Below, in pieces: positions 33,148-41,514 of a DNA stretch of 41,514 nucleotides. Every line of letters starts with the position of its first letter. The first letter of the stretch is position 1. Made by a program: the position numbers and the translations under genes. The stretch covers positions 1-41,514 of the forward strand of contig NYZO01000090.1 of the NCBI GenBank assembly GCA_002687185.1, read 5' to 3'. The notes beneath the pieces are model-generated. The model was not told where the DNA came from and did not search any database. It saw only the letters and a list, made by a program, of their open reading frames with translations. The DNA is from an archaeon. Lineage in GTDB: Archaea; Nanobdellota; Nanobdellia; SCGC-AAA011-G17; GW2011-AR20.

Positions 33148-35394
33148 ATGATCCCGCTAAAAACAATTGACGATTATACACTCACTGGTAAAAAGATATT
33201 AGTTAGGATCGACTTAAACACTACACTAATAAAAGGAAAACCAACCGTGTCTGAGAGATTTATAGCGCATGCACACACTATTGAAAAGCTAGTTAAAGCA
33301 AATGCTGCAGTAGTTCTAATCGCACACCAAGGAAGGCCAAAACAACGCGACTGTATCTCGCTAAAAAATCATTTTAAACTTCTTAGAAATTGTCTTGGGC
33401 CAACAAACAGATCAAAATTTAAATTTATTGATGATACGATAGGGGCCAAAGCAATAGACGCAATATGTCACGTGCGGCCAAGAGAGATGATATTACTTGA
33501 AAATGTACGGTTTGTCAATGATGAAACTAAATATAAACAAGGACAGAAAAATAAACTCGTAGAAACACTTGCCCCTTTGTTTGATTATTATGTGAACGAT
33601 TCTTTCTCTAATTCTCATAGAGAGCACGCGTCAATGGTCGGGTTTGCCAAACAACTAACAAGTATAGCTGGGCCGGTACTATTATGTGAATATAATGTCC
33701 TTTGTAGAGTTTTAAGTAAAGAAATGCCAAGGCCATATTATATGGTGCTGGGCGGGGCGAAGCTTGATGAAACTATTAGTTTAGCTGAAGAAGTATTGGA
33801 GAACGAGTGTGTTGATAAAATACTTACAGCCGGACTGTTCGGTGAGTTGTGCATGATAGCTAAAGGCGCGCCAATAAAATTGAAAAACCTACTATACAAA
33901 GGAAAATCGCCTTTAACATACCTACCAAGAGTTAAACGACTGCTCAAACAACATCGGAGTAAGATTGTAACGCCTGTAGATGCTGCTTTTAAGAAAAGCG
34001 AAAAAAGGATTGAAATTAGGATTAACGCATTGCCGGCTAATGGACGGTTCTTGGATATAGGCATGCGTACAATCGCTTTGTATACCAAACTACTCAACCA
34101 TGCAACAACAGTTTTTTTTAAAGGGCCGCTAGGAGTGACTGAACAACCTTGTTTCCAAAAAGGTACGCGAAATATCTATAAGGTTATTGCGCAACGGCCG
34201 AAAAGTATAGGAGGAGGCGGTGATACATTAAGTGCAATATCACGGCTTAGGATTCGGAGCTCTCGATTCTCGTATCTTAGCCTTGCAGGAGGCGCTATGG
34301 AAGAGTTCTTAGTTGGGAAAAAATTACCAGGGATACAAGCATTACAATTGAATCAGAAGAAGAGCGTTCCAAAAATAAACCCGCTAAAACATAACCAATG
34401 TACACCAAAAAACGGGTTTGATATTATTACTTGCGGCTCAGGACTTGTGGATGTTTTCTTAGAGACCGGCCAATCAAGCGTTAAGATCAAAAAAGGGCAC
34501 GCATCAAACTGTTATATTACGTTCCCTGTAGGTGAAAAATTAGTTATGCAAGACAGACACGTTGATATTGGAGGCGGGGGTACGAATACAGCAGTTGCTT
34601 TCTCAAGATTAGGACTTAAGGTAGGCTACCTAGGCTGTTTGGGAAAAGATCAAAACGGGAAGAAAATACTTAAATTACTCAATAAAGAACGAATAACATT
34701 TTTAGGTACATTAAGTGACAAACCGACCGGCTATTCAGTTATATTAGATACTAAAGAAAAGGATAGGACGATCCTAACCTACCGTGGTGCAAGTAACTGG
34801 CTAAACTTCAAAGATATTAATACTAAAAAACTTAAGACGCAATGGATTTATTTCTCAGGGATGCTTGGACAATCACACCAAACACAAAAGCGCCTTGCTG
34901 TGTGGGTAGAAAAACAAGGCTATAAACTAGCGTTTAATCCGAGCAGGTACCAGTGTCAACAAAATCTACGGTCACTTCGGCCAATACTAAAACATACGAC
35001 AGTATTAATACTCAATAAAACTGAAGCGCAAATATTATCAGGACAAAAAAAAATAAAAAGTATCTTCAGAGCACTGCATGCCAGAGGGCCAGACATAATA
35101 ACTGTTACTGATGGTGCTCGTAAAATTTATTGTTCTGATGGATACCATATCTATAAACTTATTCCCAATAAAACGCGAATTGTGGAGAATACTGGGGCGG
35201 GGGATGCGTTCGGAGCAGGGTTTGTTGCAGGGTTTATTATGTCAGGTGATATCGGCTTGGCATTACGGTTAGGGCTTATCGAGAGCAAAGCAGTGTTGAG
35301 CGCGTTCGGTGCTAAAAATGATCTGCAAAAATTGTCCAAAGCTAAAAATCTCTTAGAACAAAGTCGATTGATCGTGAAAAAGGAGTTATGGTAG
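33148..35394 (+). CDS. pgk: phosphoglycerate kinase fused in frame to a PfkB-family sugar kinase
   Basis: PGK motifs (AHQGRP, NDSFSNSHREHAS, GGGGDT, C-terminal FLVGKKLPGIQAL) span up to about nt 34350. After a ~20-aa linker comes a PfkB domain from about 34417: GGGGTNTAVAFSRLG and NTGAGDAFGAGFVAG. No stop codon or frameshift lies between the two domains. Confidence 0.8.
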   Translation: MIPLKTIDDYTLTGKKILVRIDLNTTLIKGKPTVSERFIAHAHTIEKLVKANAAVVLIAHQGRPKQRDCISLKNHFKLLRNCLGPTNRSKFKFIDDTIGAKAIDAICHVRPREMILLENVRFVNDETKYKQGQKNKLVETLAPLFDYYVNDSFSNSHREHASMVGFAKQLTSIAGPVLLCEYNVLCRVLSKEMPRPYYMVLGGAKLDETISLAEEVLENECVDKILTAGLFGELCMIAKGAPIKLKNLLYKGKSPLTYLPRVKRLLKQHRSKIVTPVDAAFKKSEKRIEIRINALPANGRFLDIGMRTIALYTKLLNHATTVFFKGPLGVTEQPCFQKGTRNIYKVIAQRPKSIGGGGDTLSAISRLRIRSSRFSYLSLAGGAMEEFLVGKKLPGIQALQLNQKKSVPKINPLKHNQCTPKNGFDIITCGSGLVDVFLETGQSSVKIKKGHASNCYITFPVGEKLVMQDRHVDIGGGGTNTAVAFSRLGLKVGYLGCLGKDQNGKKILKLLNKERITFLGTLSDKPTGYSVILDTKEKDRTILTYRGASNWLNFKDINTKKLKTQWIYFSGMLGQSHQTQKRLAVWVEKQGYKLAFNPSRYQCQQNLRSLRPILKHTTVLILNKTEAQILSGQKKIKSIFRALHARGPDIITVTDGARKIYCSDGYHIYKLIPNKTRIVENTGAGDAFGAGFVAGFIMSGDIGLALRLGLIESKAVLSAFGAKNDLQKLSKAKNLLEQSRLIVKKELW

Positions 35395-35395
35395 G

Positions 35396-36256
35396 ATGGC
35401 CTACGCAGTAGGGCTTGATATAGGCGGGACAACCATTCGAGGAGTGGTCACAAATAAACAGGGGAAGGTGATAGGTTCGACTAAACTAAGAACTGGAAAA
35501 ACTAAGAAAATTGTTTTAGAAAATATTAAAGAAATATTAGACGGGTTGTTAACAGTATCTGATAAGAAAAAGATAAAACGTGTCGGGGTTGGGTTCGCAG
35601 GGTTTGCTGATGAAAATGGAAAAGTAATCTTTAGTCCGAACACGCCGATTGTTGGATGTAACCTTAAGCAATTTGTTAGGAAATGGACAAAAAAACTTGT
35701 CGTAGTTGAGAATGATGCTAATTGTTTTGTGGTAGCTGAACACGCTTTTGGTGCTGGACGCGGGTATGAAAATATAGTAGGGATCGTTATCGGGACTGGA
35801 ATAGGTGGAGGGATCATAGTAAATAATAAATTATACACAGGTCTAAATAACAGTGCAGGAGAAGTTGGGCATACGTTTGTTGGACCAGATAATAACACAA
35901 AAGATGTTGAATATTACGCCTCAGGAAGACAGTTGATTAAACGATATAAACTATTAGGCGGGAAACTAAAAGATCCTAGATTAAATGATCTTAAAATATC
36001 AAAAGAACGAATCGCAAAAAAAGTATATCAGGAGAGTTACAGTTTATGGGCAAGAATTTGCGCGAATGTTATAATGACACTGAACCCGCAGGTAGTAATT
36101 ATCGGAGGAGGTGTGGCTAATGATATCGATTTCCCTCTACTTCGGAAAGAAACAAAAAGACTTGTAATACAACCGTTAGCTAAAAATACTAAGATTAGTT
36201 CAGCAAAGTTAGGTGAATTAAGTGGTGCAATCGGTGCTGCTAGACTAAGTCTTTGA
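35396..36256 (+). CDS. ROK-family sugar kinase (glucokinase-like)
   Basis: GLDIGGTTIRG (ATP-binding motif), ENDANCFVVAEHAFGAG, GTGIGGGII. It starts 1 nt after the pgk-pfkB stop codon. Confidence 0.8.
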   Translation: MAYAVGLDIGGTTIRGVVTNKQGKVIGSTKLRTGKTKKIVLENIKEILDGLLTVSDKKKIKRVGVGFAGFADENGKVIFSPNTPIVGCNLKQFVRKWTKKLVVVENDANCFVVAEHAFGAGRGYENIVGIVIGTGIGGGIIVNNKLYTGLNNSAGEVGHTFVGPDNNTKDVEYYASGRQLIKRYKLLGGKLKDPRLNDLKISKERIAKKVYQESYSLWARICANVIMTLNPQVVIIGGGVANDIDFPLLRKETKRLVIQPLAKNTKISSAKLGELSGAIGAARLSL

Positions 36257-36325
36257 AAAATAGATTCCATTATTCATTGACAAATCACGATAATACTTAT
36301 AAACAATAATTATATTAACAAAAGA

Positions 36326-36784
36326 ATGGCTGAAGAGGAAACCAAAGGGATGAAAAATCATCTTTACGTAATATTTCGAATTATTGTAGGACTCTTATTC
36401 TTTATGCACGGTTCACAAAAGTTATTCGGATGGTTTGGAAGCAGTAGCCCAACACCGCTTGTTAGTTTAATGGGTGTAGTCGGAATTATTGAGATTGTTG
36501 CAGGGATAGCGATTGCATTTGGGATTTTAACACGATTGGCAGCTTTTGGAGGTTTAGTAGTAATGATTGGAGCTTACACAACAGCACATTTGCCAAAAGG
36601 ACTTTGGCCGTACCAAAATGGTGGAGAACTTGCATTGATGTATTTAGCAGCGTTCTTAGTACTTTTAGCATACGGGAGCAATGGATACACTATTAGGGAT
36701 TTTTTAAAAGAAAAACCTAAACCAGTGCCAAGCCAGCCAACACAACCAATAGAAACCACAACACAAGAACCTGCCACGAATTGA
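36326..36784 (+). CDS. DoxX-family membrane protein
   Basis: Four predicted TM helices and an HGSQKLFGWFG motif. Confidence 0.6.
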   Translation: MAEEETKGMKNHLYVIFRIIVGLLFFMHGSQKLFGWFGSSSPTPLVSLMGVVGIIEIVAGIAIAFGILTRLAAFGGLVVMIGAYTTAHLPKGLWPYQNGGELALMYLAAFLVLLAYGSNGYTIRDFLKEKPKPVPSQPTQPIETTTQEPATN

Positions 36785-36859
36785 TTTTAATTAGATAATT
36801 CTTTTCCGCAAAATTTCCTAAAAGTATATAAGGGTGCAATATACTAAACAACAGACACA

Positions 36860-37501
36860 ATGGAGCTTAAAAATGAGTTATTAACCTTCTGGCAGAAACA
36901 CTACCAGTTCCAAGAAAGAGAATTACAAGCTTTTGGAAATGTTGACCGAGCACACTTTGTGACAAAAGAGTTTCAAGATCGTGCATATGAGGATACACCC
37001 CTACCATTACTAAGAGGGAAAACGATATCACAACCAACAACAGTAATGATCATGACCTCAGCACTAGAACTAAAACCAGGAGACTCAGTATTCGAAGTAG
37101 GCACAGGATCTGCATACCAAGCAGCGATAATCGGTACAATCATTGGGAAGACCGGACAAGTATATACAACAGAAGTCATTCCAGAACTAATACAATTAGC
37201 ACATAAAAATCTAAAAAAAGCAAACATAAACAATATCAACGTCTTAGAAGAGGAAGGGTCAAAAGGAATACCAGAAAAAGCACCTTTTGATAAAATTATC
37301 ATTACAGCAGCATGTAGACAGTTTCCACTGCCGCTCATGGATCAATTAAAAGAAGGAGGGATAATGGTCGGACCAGTCGGGAACAGACACCTGCAACAAA
37401 TGACCAAAGCACGAAAACATGCAGACGGAACATTCTCGTTCGAAATTATCGGACCTTTTTTATTTACGCCAATGTATGGAAAGTATGGGTTTGAAATATA
37501 G
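36860..37501 (+). CDS. pcm: protein-L-isoaspartate O-methyltransferase
   Basis: TISQPTTVMIMTSAL and the SAM motif VFEVGTGSAYQAAII. 213 aa. Confidence 0.85.
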   Translation: MELKNELLTFWQKHYQFQERELQAFGNVDRAHFVTKEFQDRAYEDTPLPLLRGKTISQPTTVMIMTSALELKPGDSVFEVGTGSAYQAAIIGTIIGKTGQVYTTEVIPELIQLAHKNLKKANINNINVLEEEGSKGIPEKAPFDKIIITAACRQFPLPLMDQLKEGGIMVGPVGNRHLQQMTKARKHADGTFSFEIIGPFLFTPMYGKYGFEI

Positions 37502-37701
37502 ACTACAAAGAATCGTTTGATTAAGTGGGATAATCTAGTAAAATAGTTCGACGATAAAAATAAAGTTTTGAGCTAATTCTGGAAGTGCTCACACGTTGTA
37601 CGCTGAGTGCTCATCCTCTATTGATTAATCAATCACTGAGATATTAAACTCGTTCTTGAAAACGTCGAATATAAGATAATAGATCATAAAATAAAACGTA
37701 A

Positions 37702-37908
37702 CTAATGACGATAAGGCAACGGACGTTTAATGTTTAGAGGTAATAAGCCTTCTAACAATTCACGCTTGGCAATAGTTACAGGATTAAACTTGATCTTCTT
37801 CAAATCTTTAGGCGATAATTTCAAGATTAGAGGTGCACCCATAGCTAACTGTAGAGCGCGAGCGCCAATGACTCTCGCTTTCTCGTATTTAGTGTATTTA
37901 GGGTTCAT
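37702..37908 (-). CDS. rpoK: DNA-directed RNA polymerase subunit K (Rpo6)
   Basis: TKYEKARVIGARALQLAMGAP is the hallmark Rpo6/omega motif. 68 aa. It overlaps rrp42 by 4 nt. Confidence 0.85.
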   Translation of the reverse strand: MNPKYTKYEKARVIGARALQLAMGAPLILKLSPKDLKKIKFNPVTIAKRELLEGLLPLNIKRPLPYRH

Positions 37909-38669
37909 TTAAGTGCCTTTTTTAACTCTTCAACTTGGGTATACGCAAGATCAATAGCCTTCTCAACCTCGGGCAAGCTTAAGCCGTCAGCGCCGCCCTT
38001 TTGCATAGCGCAAATCCGGTCACCCTTAATTGCGATACTCAATCGTGCAGAAACCGCTTCCTCTTCAGCAGAGATCGGGTCAACAATAAATTCGTCGCCA
38101 AGCTTGTGGATTGTCATCAGGATAGGCGCTTCTTTGTCTAAAGGTAGCTTTTTAGCAGTCAACTCACCGTATTGTACCTTATCATCTTTAATTACAGGCA
38201 CTTTTGCGTCACGCAATGCAGCAATTGCGCCTAAAGCTGCCGCGTCAAACAAGTTTCCTTCGTCGTTGATAGAATAAATATCGATTAAAACCATCCAGAT
38301 TTTCTCGCCTTTCTTGACACATAATTTCTTGAAATCTAGATAATGACTCTCGCGGATGCCGCGGTCAACGATACGGGCAAGCTCAGTTGCCTGGATGCCG
38401 GGCGGGCCAGACTCAAAATTAGGGTTGCTTAATGGGATCAATTCTGCAGTCACAATAATTGTGCCCTCGTCAGGTGAATCCGGATACGGGGTGCCTAACT
38501 CCATCTTAACGCCAACATTAACCTCAGTATTGCCGATCTTTACACGAGCGCTACCCTCAGCCTTTTTACTAATACCAGTCTCTATTGTGATCGGTTCTCT
38601 GTACGTACTCAAACCACGACCGTCCATGCGCTTTTTGTCCTTGATGAGACCTAATAAATATTCTTTCAT
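37905..38669 (-). CDS. rrp42: exosome complex subunit Rrp42 (RNase PH-like, inactive)
   Basis: RMDGRGLSTYREPITIETG...AEGSARVKIGNTEV, and its position after rrp41. Confidence 0.85.
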   Translation of the reverse strand: MKEYLLGLIKDKKRMDGRGLSTYREPITIETGISKKAEGSARVKIGNTEVNVGVKMELGTPYPDSPDEGTIIVTAELIPLSNPNFESGPPGIQATELARIVDRGIRESHYLDFKKLCVKKGEKIWMVLIDIYSINDEGNLFDAAALGAIAALRDAKVPVIKDDKVQYGELTAKKLPLDKEAPILMTIHKLGDEFIVDPISAEEEAVSARLSIAIKGDRICAMQKGGADGLSLPEVEKAIDLAYTQVEELKKALK

Positions 38670-39367
38670 TTTTTCTCCTTGAAACTGTCACGTAATGTTT
38701 TTTGCATCAAAGTATAAATTTCATCGCAACCTTTCTTTGCTAACACTAACGCTTCTTTGAGCTCGTCTTTTGAAATATCGCCGTCTAATTGTAGTAGTGT
38801 GTATTCGCCGTTGCGCGGAGTCATAGCAACAGGGATGTCAGTCGCACCTTCAGCATGATCCTCTTCTTCTTTGGTTAAATCCATAACAACTTTGTCGCCT
38901 GCTTTGCCGACAGAGATTGCAACAACTAAATCTTTCATAGGGATGCCTGCGTCAGCTAATGCGAGCGATGCTGCACAAATGCCAGCACAGCGAGTGCCAG
39001 CGTTAGCTTGTGGGATTGTAATAAATACGTCAATTACAGTATTAGGATATTTGCTTAAATCAAGCACCGGCTCGATAGATTTTCCGGTCACGTGTGATAT
39101 CTCCATGGAACGTCTGCTTGAGCCTGGACGCTTGCGCTCACTTACAGAGAAACTTACCATATCATAATCACAACGCAAAACTCCTTTGTCAGGCTTGCGC
39201 AAGAATCGCGGGTGTAATTCGCGTGGTCCATGGACTGCAGCAATAGCAATAGTATCGCCGATTTGGAACCGGGCGCTGCCTTTGGCGCGGCTAATGATGC
39301 CTACCTCAGCACTCATCTTTCGAATCTCTTCAAAGCCTCTGCCGTCGAACCGTTTTGTGTATGCCAT
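38666..39367 (-). CDS. rrp41: exosome complex exonuclease Rrp41 (RNase PH-like)
   Basis: RFDGRGFEEIRKM...AKGSARFQIGDT...VHGPRE. It overlaps neighbouring genes at both ends. Confidence 0.85.
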   Translation of the reverse strand: MAYTKRFDGRGFEEIRKMSAEVGIISRAKGSARFQIGDTIAIAAVHGPRELHPRFLRKPDKGVLRCDYDMVSFSVSERKRPGSSRRSMEISHVTGKSIEPVLDLSKYPNTVIDVFITIPQANAGTRCAGICAASLALADAGIPMKDLVVAISVGKAGDKVVMDLTKEEEDHAEGATDIPVAMTPRNGEYTLLQLDGDISKDELKEALVLAKKGCDEIYTLMQKTLRDSFKEKK

Positions 39368-40041
39368 TATTCTAAAAATTTCTCCATGTGTTCTGTTAAG
39401 CCTTCATTGTGGCCTTCAGCCTCGATCTTTCGAATAGCTTGGTCTGCCTTTAACTCGTCTTCAGCAGTCTCGCCCTTGATCCAAGCCTTTCCGTTTTGAC
39501 CGACCACGATTTGGCATTTAGTTTTTTCTTTGATCATTGAGATCATGCTACCTTGCTTGCCGATAATCCTTGGTATCTTTGTAGGGTCTACATCGATCAA
39601 TCGACCAGGAGGTAGTTTACGTAAACCTTGGCCGTTCATGCTCAAGTCCACTGCCTTTAGCCGGATCACGTTAGTAATAGTTGCGAAAATGATATCGTTG
39701 AAATTATAATAGCGAGCCAAATCAGCGCCACGCTCAATGAACTCTTTAGTAGCCTCTTTCATGGACAAGTTAGCAGGGTATGCAATGCCAATATCAACTT
39801 GCCAACCGCCAAAACCGATCTCTTCAATAGTGCCAATCACAACATCGCCAGCTTTTGGTAAATAAGGACCGCGAAGAGGTACAACGTTAATCAGTCGACC
39901 TTCAATTCGAAGAAGACCTAAAACTGTTGCTATAATACTTTCGCCTTCGCGAAAAGTGCCTTTAGCAGGCAAATAATCCATCCCTTCAGCTATGACTTGG
40001 CCGGGGATTACTATGCGATCTTTGGTAATTATTGTTCCCAT
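39367..40041 (-). CDS. rrp4: exosome RNA-binding subunit Rrp4 (S1 + KH)
   Basis: S1 region GDVVIGTIEEIGFGGWQVDIG and KH region IPRIIGKQGSMISMIKEKT. First gene of the rrp4-rrp41-rrp42 operon. Confidence 0.85.
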   Translation of the reverse strand: MGTIITKDRIVIPGQVIAEGMDYLPAKGTFREGESIIATVLGLLRIEGRLINVVPLRGPYLPKAGDVVIGTIEEIGFGGWQVDIGIAYPANLSMKEATKEFIERGADLARYYNFNDIIFATITNVIRLKAVDLSMNGQGLRKLPPGRLIDVDPTKIPRIIGKQGSMISMIKEKTKCQIVVGQNGKAWIKGETAEDELKADQAIRKIEAEGHNEGLTEHMEKFLE

Positions 40042-40151
40042 TGTTGTTTTCTAAAATTGACTTAATTTTTTTCTCGTCTAAAAGTGTCTAACCAGAGTTA
40101 GTTTATAAAGTTTTTTATTGCCGGAAATATTAATCGAATAAGGCTAATTAA

Positions 40152-40225
40152 CGGGCCTGCCAGGATTCGAACCTGGGTTTAGTGGTCCGAAGCCACTCGT
40201 CCTATCCAGACTAGACTACAGGCCC
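40152..40225 (-). tRNA. tRNA-Arg(UCG)
   Basis: The reverse complement folds as GGGCCTG-TA-GTCT...GGAC-G-AGTGG-CTTCGGA-CCACT-AAAC-CCAGG-TTCGAAT-CCTGG-CAGGCCC-G. 74 nt, no intron. Confidence 0.9.
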
Positions 40226-40341
40226 ATAGACATGAAAGCTGATTTTAATGTTCTTAAGGATTACGGTTGTGGACCATTTTAGACTCATAGATATCTCAGT
40301 TTCCCCAAAGAAATATAAATCTAGACAAATAAACAAGTTAC

Positions 40342-41196
40342 ATGTTCGCGTTTTATGGTCTGGTTGGACTCACACTAATAATCCTTTCATACCTATTCTC
40401 TTATGTATTTGCACACCCGTCTATGCATCACCTTAACTTCCCGTTTGAGCTAGGATACTGGCTCTTCTTTGATGCGATTGAAATGTCTCTTTATGGCACG
40501 TCAATACTGCAAAAAATAAAGAATAAATGGAGATTAGGATTATATCTGTTGTTTGCTGGAGCTCTAATAGGATTAGTGTTAGATTTCTTCGGAGTCTATA
40601 TATCAAAAGTCTGGCAATATCCGGTAATAAATACACCGTTTGAATTACTTATGCTCTATATAGATTGGGGGCTTGTTATATTGATGGTATACAGCTCATA
40701 TCGCGTGTTTTTGTATCTTGCTAAAGAACTAGTTGGACGTGTTGGGATAAAACTTGCGTCTAAACGTGTGGAAAAAAGGATCTATCCAGTACTTGGGATC
40801 ATAAGCGTAATACTGTTAATTGTGCCGTTCGTTTTTCAATTGTTTTTCTCTACTGAATCTATAAGCATAATATCGATTGGTGCAGTGTTTCTTGGGCTGT
40901 GGTTCTTAGCCGAGTATGTAGAATATCAAAGGATGGAGCGGAGTTTGCTTAAAGATATATTGGACGGATATTGGACGCCTCTAATTGCGATCGTTGCTGG
41001 GTCTGTTGTTTTAGGGTTAGTTTGGGAGACTATGAACCTGCCTGTAAAGGCTTGGATCTATACCAATATACCGTTGTCGAATGTGCAAATTCTTGGAGTG
41101 CCGCTGCTAATAATTATAGGATGGCCGGCTTTGTTTGTAATATATCTGTCAAGCTATAGAGCATTGTTTAAAGGACGAGACGTAATCTGGAAGTAG
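40342..41196 (+). CDS. polytopic membrane protein of unknown function
   Basis: About 8 hydrophobic segments with an internal two-fold similarity (LDFFGVYISKVWQYP and WETMNLPVKAWIYTNIP). A TATA-like AAATATAAATC lies ~28 nt upstream. Confidence 0.5.
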   Translation: MFAFYGLVGLTLIILSYLFSYVFAHPSMHHLNFPFELGYWLFFDAIEMSLYGTSILQKIKNKWRLGLYLLFAGALIGLVLDFFGVYISKVWQYPVINTPFELLMLYIDWGLVILMVYSSYRVFLYLAKELVGRVGIKLASKRVEKRIYPVLGIISVILLIVPFVFQLFFSTESISIISIGAVFLGLWFLAEYVEYQRMERSLLKDILDGYWTPLIAIVAGSVVLGLVWETMNLPVKAWIYTNIPLSNVQILGVPLLIIIGWPALFVIYLSSYRALFKGRDVIWK

Positions 41197-41215
41197 ATTT
41201 AACTCAAACCATGAT

Positions 41216-41514
41216 TTAAAATTCAAAAGAGATTAAATATTGTAATGGATTTTCTTCTCTTTGTGCAAACGGTATTAATGTTTCCAAATCACTACTTCCT
41301 TTTTGTTCTTCAAATAAAGGACGATATTCCTTTTTTAGATGTTCTTTTTTAACTCGGAATTGAAACGAAAAACGATCAACTAAATCTGTCGTAGTTATAA
41401 CAAAATCTTTGGCCAATAACATGGAATCGTCTTTGAACTTATTTTCTGTTTGTCCATTAAGATATCTACTTAGGATATCTTCATCATCAATATATGTTTC
41501 TAATGCCTTTACAA
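41216..41514 (-). CDS. hypothetical protein, 5'-truncated by the window edge
   Basis: The reading frame stays open upstream of the listed Met (41422) to the window end (…VKALETYIDDEDILSRYLNGQTENKFKDDSMLLAKDF…). Confidence 0.4.
   Translation of the reverse strand, partial: VKALETYIDDEDILSRYLNGQTENKFKDDSMLLAKDFVITTTDLVDRFSFQFRVKKEHLKKEYRPLFEEQKGSSDLETLIPFAQREENPLQYLISFEF

Noticed and set aside
32057-33181. Minus-strand ORFs 32057-32500 and 32675-33181
   Set aside because: They are antisense to the unambiguous gap gene, have low-complexity Ser/Ala/Ile-rich translations, and lack promoter context.

Overview
AT-rich archaeal chromosomal segment, probably from a small-genome DPANN-type archaeon (inference). 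Archaeal markers: the exosome operon rrp4-rrp41-rrp42-rpoK, Hel308, BRE/TATA promoters about 25-30 nt upstream of start codons, and BHB-type tRNA introns. These are mixed with bacterial-type glycolytic genes: type-I GAPDH, a PGK fused to a PfkB kinase, and a ROK glucokinase. The main feature is an ~10.5 kb, 11-gene minus-strand locus (11705-22250) for an Epd/Tad-like type IV pilus. It encodes a FlaI/TadA-like ATPase, a platform split into two T2SSF genes, and six proteins with class III (prepilin) signal peptides. Embedded in the locus is a 658-aa secreted protein made of five copies of a 12-cysteine module separated by 20-25-residue poly-Thr tracts. The same module, plus a second Cys motif, is fused to the C-terminus of one pilin, which suggests a modular, probably glycosylated, disulfide-rich pilus adhesin system with no family I can name. 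Other notable items follow. A tRNA-Ile(UAU) is interrupted by two BHB introns (29/30 and 37/38). A 1255-aa secreted HEAT-repeat protein ends in a clan-CD (caspase/gingipain-like) His-Cys dyad. It sits between tRNA-Glu and degenerate copies of the tRNA-Glu 3' end, which points to an island or att remnants. Several NTase/AbrB/wHTH toxin-antitoxin-like modules are present, and a U32 gene overlaps a ferredoxin gene. No rRNA, CRISPR array, integrase or transposase was seen. All functional calls rest on motif recognition by eye, since no database search was possible.
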